Position numbers and translations under genes: made by a program. A stretch of DNA of 64,000 bases from Mytilus trossulus (taxonomy: Eukaryota). The DNA is taken from contig NC_086382.1 of the NCBI RefSeq assembly GCF_036588685.1, positions 50,325,378 to 50,389,377 of the forward strand. Direction: 5' to 3'. Of this stretch, positions 60,098 through 64,000 are shown piece after piece (the first letter of the stretch is position 1; every line of letters begins with the position of its first letter). A model generated the notes under the pieces. The model was not told the origin of the DNA and did not search any database. It saw only the letters and a program-made list of their open reading frames with translations.

Positions 60098-61257
60098 GGC
60101 GCCGAATGGGACTCTTATGGTTTTGTACAAAATTCAATTTTGTCATAACAAAATCATTTTTGTCTTACAAAACTATGTGCTACAGACTTGTTTTGTGAGA
60201 ACTTCAATTTTGTGATGACAAAATTCATTTGTGTAGACAAAATTCATTTTTGTCATTACAAAATTCATTTTTGTAGACAAAATTCATATTTGTCATGACA
60301 AAAGTCAATTTTGTCTAAAAGGTATGCAAATATAAACATATTTGCATACAAAACTGACTTTTGTTACCTGATATGGAAATTAAATCACAAAAGTCAATTG
60401 TGTGAGGTAAGATTCAATTTTGTTAGACAAAATTAACTTTTGTGAGACAAAATTCAATTTTGTTAATTTTGATGAGACAAAAGTGAATTTTGTCAATTTT
60501 GTTGAGACAAAAGTCAATTTTGTGACGACAAAATTCATTTTTGTGACGACAAAATTCAATTTTGTAACAACAAAATTGACTTTTATGAGACAAAATTGAC
60601 TTTCGTGAGACAAAAATCAATTTTGTTGAGACAAAATTCAATTTTGTCAATTTTGTTGAGACAAAATTCAATTTTGTTGAGACAAAATTCAATTTTGTTG
60701 AGACAAAAGTCAATTTTGTCACACATTGGTCAATTTTGTCTCACATTGGTCAATTTTGTCTCACAAAAGTCAATTTTGTCAATTTTGTTGAGACAAAAGT
60801 CAATTTTGTCAATTTTGTTGAGTCAAAAGTCAATTTTGTGTAACAAAAGTCAATTTTGTGTAACAAAAGTTAATTTTGTGTAACAAAAGTCAATTTTGTG
60901 TAACAAAAGTCAATTTTGTGTAACAAAAGTCAATTTTGTGTAACAAAAGTCGATTTTGTATGCAAATTAGTTCACAGAAACCAAACTTAACTAATTTGAA
61001 TACAAAATTCACTTTTGTCGCCCAATTTTCAAATTAGGTAACAAAATTCAATTCTGTGTAACAAAAATGAATTTTGTCATGACAAAAGTGACTTTTGTCC
61101 GCTGATAGATAATTTTGTATGACAAAATTTTAAATTAGTAGTATGATACAAATTTTGTTAAACTGAACTCATTTTTGTTGAACAAAAGTCTCTTTTGTCC
61201 GTACAAAATTGAATTTTGAGTACAAAACCACAAGAGTCCCATTCGGCGCCCCGTACG
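60098..61257. mobile_element. Foldback-like non-autonomous element with ~42-bp TIRs (tgtacggggcgccgaatgggactcttatggttttgtac), filled with 20-24-bp tandem repeats (gacaaaagtcaattttgt…)
   Basis: The left TIR at 60098-60140 is inverted relative to 61215-61257. The internal ORFs (60380-60883) are repeat artifacts. Confidence 0.65.
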
Positions 61258-63289
61258 TTGTTTGGTTTCGTTGTTTATTAGTTTTTGTTGAATTTAACGG
61301 GAAAAGTGAATATCATTGTAGGGTTGGTTTGGTTTTGAGGTGTGTTTGATTTGATTTTTATTTTATCAACTAGACAAGTTGTCAGTCTCATTAAAACTAG
61401 CGCAGACACTCGTCTTGATTGTAGATTGGTTTGCATAGGAACACAGAATCAAAATAAAATGCTCGCATGGTATTCAGATTCTGTTTTGGGACTCCAGCTT
61501 TATAACTGTAGCTTTATAAACTCATAGTATGCCATATGAATATCTTAGTGCGTAAGTAAGGGGTGTGAGAATATTGTTGTAGATTTTTCTAATTTGTAGG
61601 ATACCTTGTCATCATAACTTGAAGTTCTACGCGGAACAGGAACATTAATATATATACATATATATTGTTTACATCTGTCCGTCCATCCGTTAGTCAGTCA
61701 CTAGTGATTGTAGATTGTTGACAGGGTGGACTTTGGCGGTTTCTGTTAGAATCTTTAATTTCTCGCTAATTTTAACTCACAAGATTTCGAAATACCTACA
61801 TTGCACCCCTTTAGAAGAATATTTCAATAATTTTACCTAATAGGAAATCCTGGATCCGCCCCTGACTACGTACTGTAATTCCTATACGCTTACGGCTAAA
61901 CTCTAGAAAAACTTCAGGGATACCATTGTATTTTTTGCTCAACAAGGACAAGGTAAATCTAGCATTGGGTTTGCTAGTGATATTTCCAATGGAGACGATC
62001 AAGGCAGAATTAGAAATGTTTGAGATAAAAGCCGACTTAAGTACATGTAGCTCCACCAAAACCAATGAAAAAAACTGAGATGCATGTACTTTATGCAGCC
62101 GCCTCAATAATTAGATAAACAATGGAAAATATCTCTGGGGATTATTATTCTGCAAGTGACGAAGTATCGTTGGAAATGTCAGAAGCAATGTTGTCACCTT
62201 GTTTCATAAGTTTTGTTACTTGGCTTCTTCACAAAAAAGTCTTTTGAAACATTCTCTTCGGTATCAATGACATTCGGAGAAACTGTGCGGCTCTCGCAGA
62301 GTGCCTGGTGTCAAATTGTATAATAACGTAATGACTTCATTTAGTCGTGGTCTTGCAGTTCAGTTGAATCATCAGTCCGGATTGAAGTCTGTGTTCGAAA
62401 ATTTAAATGCACATGGTTTCTGTCAAGTTTGACGATGTTCGGAGGTTTTTGACTAGTGTAGGGATACAAAAAATCCTTTTTATATTTTCTTAGTGAATAT
62501 GTCACATCAAATACAAATACCAAGCGCTTTGTAAATAACGCCATTCAAAATAATGGCTCCCCGTGTGCTTTTGGTTGGAAAACTGCACAAAATAAAAAGT
62601 TAGAGCCAGTTTTCTTTAAGGGACAAATGACATCAGACTTTTTACAAGATCTAATTTGTTCGTGTAAGGGGGGAAAGGCATGCCAGGCAGCATGTGTTTG
62701 CAAAGAGCATGGTCTTGTTTCTCTAAATGAATAATAGACTTTTTTTAGTGATGACCTTTGACATTGATTTTCGGCATAATTGTACAAGATTTTATATTTA
62801 CGACACATATTTTCAAACAGTACACGATTTCAGCTTTCCAATGAGCTATTGAAATTCAATGAGGTATTTAGGTAATTTAAATTTCTAAAATTGTCCTCTC
62901 CGCCGCTCCACTAATAAGGTATCAGTAAGATTTTTTACATTAAAAAAAACAAAACAATTTCTTAACCTCACTAAAGTTATATTAAACATATTATTATTCT
63001 TACAGTTAAAGATCTCTAACAACAGCTAATTGTTTCAAATAATCTATTAAGAACTATTTGTTTTTCACAACTAATCAAAATAAGATAACCGCGAATTTTG
63101 ATTTTATTGGTCATGACGGACAAACTTCATTCTCGGTTGGATAGTTTACTCCCATTTATAACTGTATTTGTTCTTTAGTACTTTTGTCCTGACTCAATTC
63201 CTTGATATTTAGCGCCCATCATTTAGGAGAACAGTTAAACTAACCAACTATAGTAGTAATAAAGAACGCCATGACTGCCTTATGTTGAT

Positions 63290-63645
63290 GATCATCATTA
63301 TATACAGTGATCACAACATCATATGCAGTCGTGCCAACATTATATGCAGTTTTTTTAATATATATGCAGTGGTAACACCATTATATGCAATGGTCACAAC
63401 ATTATATGCAGTGGTTACACCATTATATGCAATGATTACAACATTATATGCAATGGTCACACCATTATATGCAATGATCACAACATTATATGCAATGGTC
63501 ACACCATTATATGCAATGATCACACCATTATATGCAATGATCACAACATTATATGCATTGGTTACAACATTATATGCAGTTGTCGGAACATTATATGCAG
63601 TAGTCACAACATTATATGCAGTGGTGATTCAGATTCGGGAAAACT
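63290..63645. repeat. 24-bp minisatellite (attatatgcaatggtcacaaca variants), ~15 copies
   Basis: Period of 24 nt. The ORFs on both strands (63282-63659 + and 63311-63607 -) are artifacts. Confidence 0.85.
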
Positions 63646-64000
63646 TAAATGCATTTTGAATCAAATAGTCAGCTTTCTATGAGACCTAAATCCCATATTA
63701 CTTGAATGGCTTTGTATTTTTCATGATTTAGTATCTAACAGATATGAAAAAAAATGCAATCCAAAGCGTTTCATTGTAAGTGTTTAACATAACTTAACAT
63801 CAATTGTATATCAAACTTTTTTTATAAGCTTTTAAACACGTAAAACAGTTTGTCTTCTAACTAAGAACAGCAGCCTTTCATAAAAGGCACTGGCTACGGT
63901 TACATGGAAATGCACTTTAATGCAAAAAATATTGTTACATTGGAGACTAATTGCTCGAATACAAGGCTGGGTAAGGAACCGATTAATTACGATTGTAACA

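Noticed and set aside
63282-63659. 125-aa and 98-aa ORFs on both strands
   Set aside because: They are caused by a 24-bp (8-codon) minisatellite.
1-64000. Search for prokaryotic defence islands, operons or phage modules
   Set aside because: The sequence is intron-containing, SINE- and MITE-rich eukaryotic DNA. No Shine-Dalgarno-linked gene arrays or contiguous multi-gene coding blocks exist.

Overview
This window is eukaryotic nuclear DNA, not prokaryotic. It is AT-rich (about one-third GC) and contains GT-AG introns, intron-split exons on the + strand, tRNA-derived SINEs and dense interspersed repeats. The repeat architecture points to a bivalve mollusc, possibly a mytilid mussel. That is an inference from repeat structure only, not from any database hit.

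Recognisable coding sequence is confined to short + strand exons:
- A CHMP4/Snf7-like acidic-helix exon at about 1264.
- A SNAP-25-family Qbc-SNARE gene, exons at 2304-6434.
- A Glu/Arg/Lys-rich single ORF at 12018-12656.
- A diverged Hsp70 C-terminal fragment at 13391-16484. It carries an in-frame tandem duplication of the substrate-binding beta-domain, and no nucleotide-binding domain is visible within the window.
- A pair of duplicated acidic exons at 19822-19926 and 20644-20769.
- A large Ser/Pro/Gln-rich exon plus two small exons at 32649-34785.
- A six-exon gene of unknown product at 47570-52469.

Most of the remaining sequence is repeat. At least four unrelated families of non-autonomous Helitron/Helentron-like elements share a modular layout: a 5' palindromic hairpin, a (CGTC)n-type microsatellite, internal satellite arrays, and a 3' hairpin followed by CTRR and TT. 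These elements are nested inside one another and occur in head-to-tail tandem copies. Also present are several MITEs, a 1.8 kb non-autonomous DNA transposon with 31-bp TIRs, a Tc1/mariner transposase relic, two SINE families and several minisatellites. The minisatellites have periods that are multiples or thirds of 3 and create spurious long ORFs on both strands.

No CRISPR array, operon or prokaryotic defence system is present.
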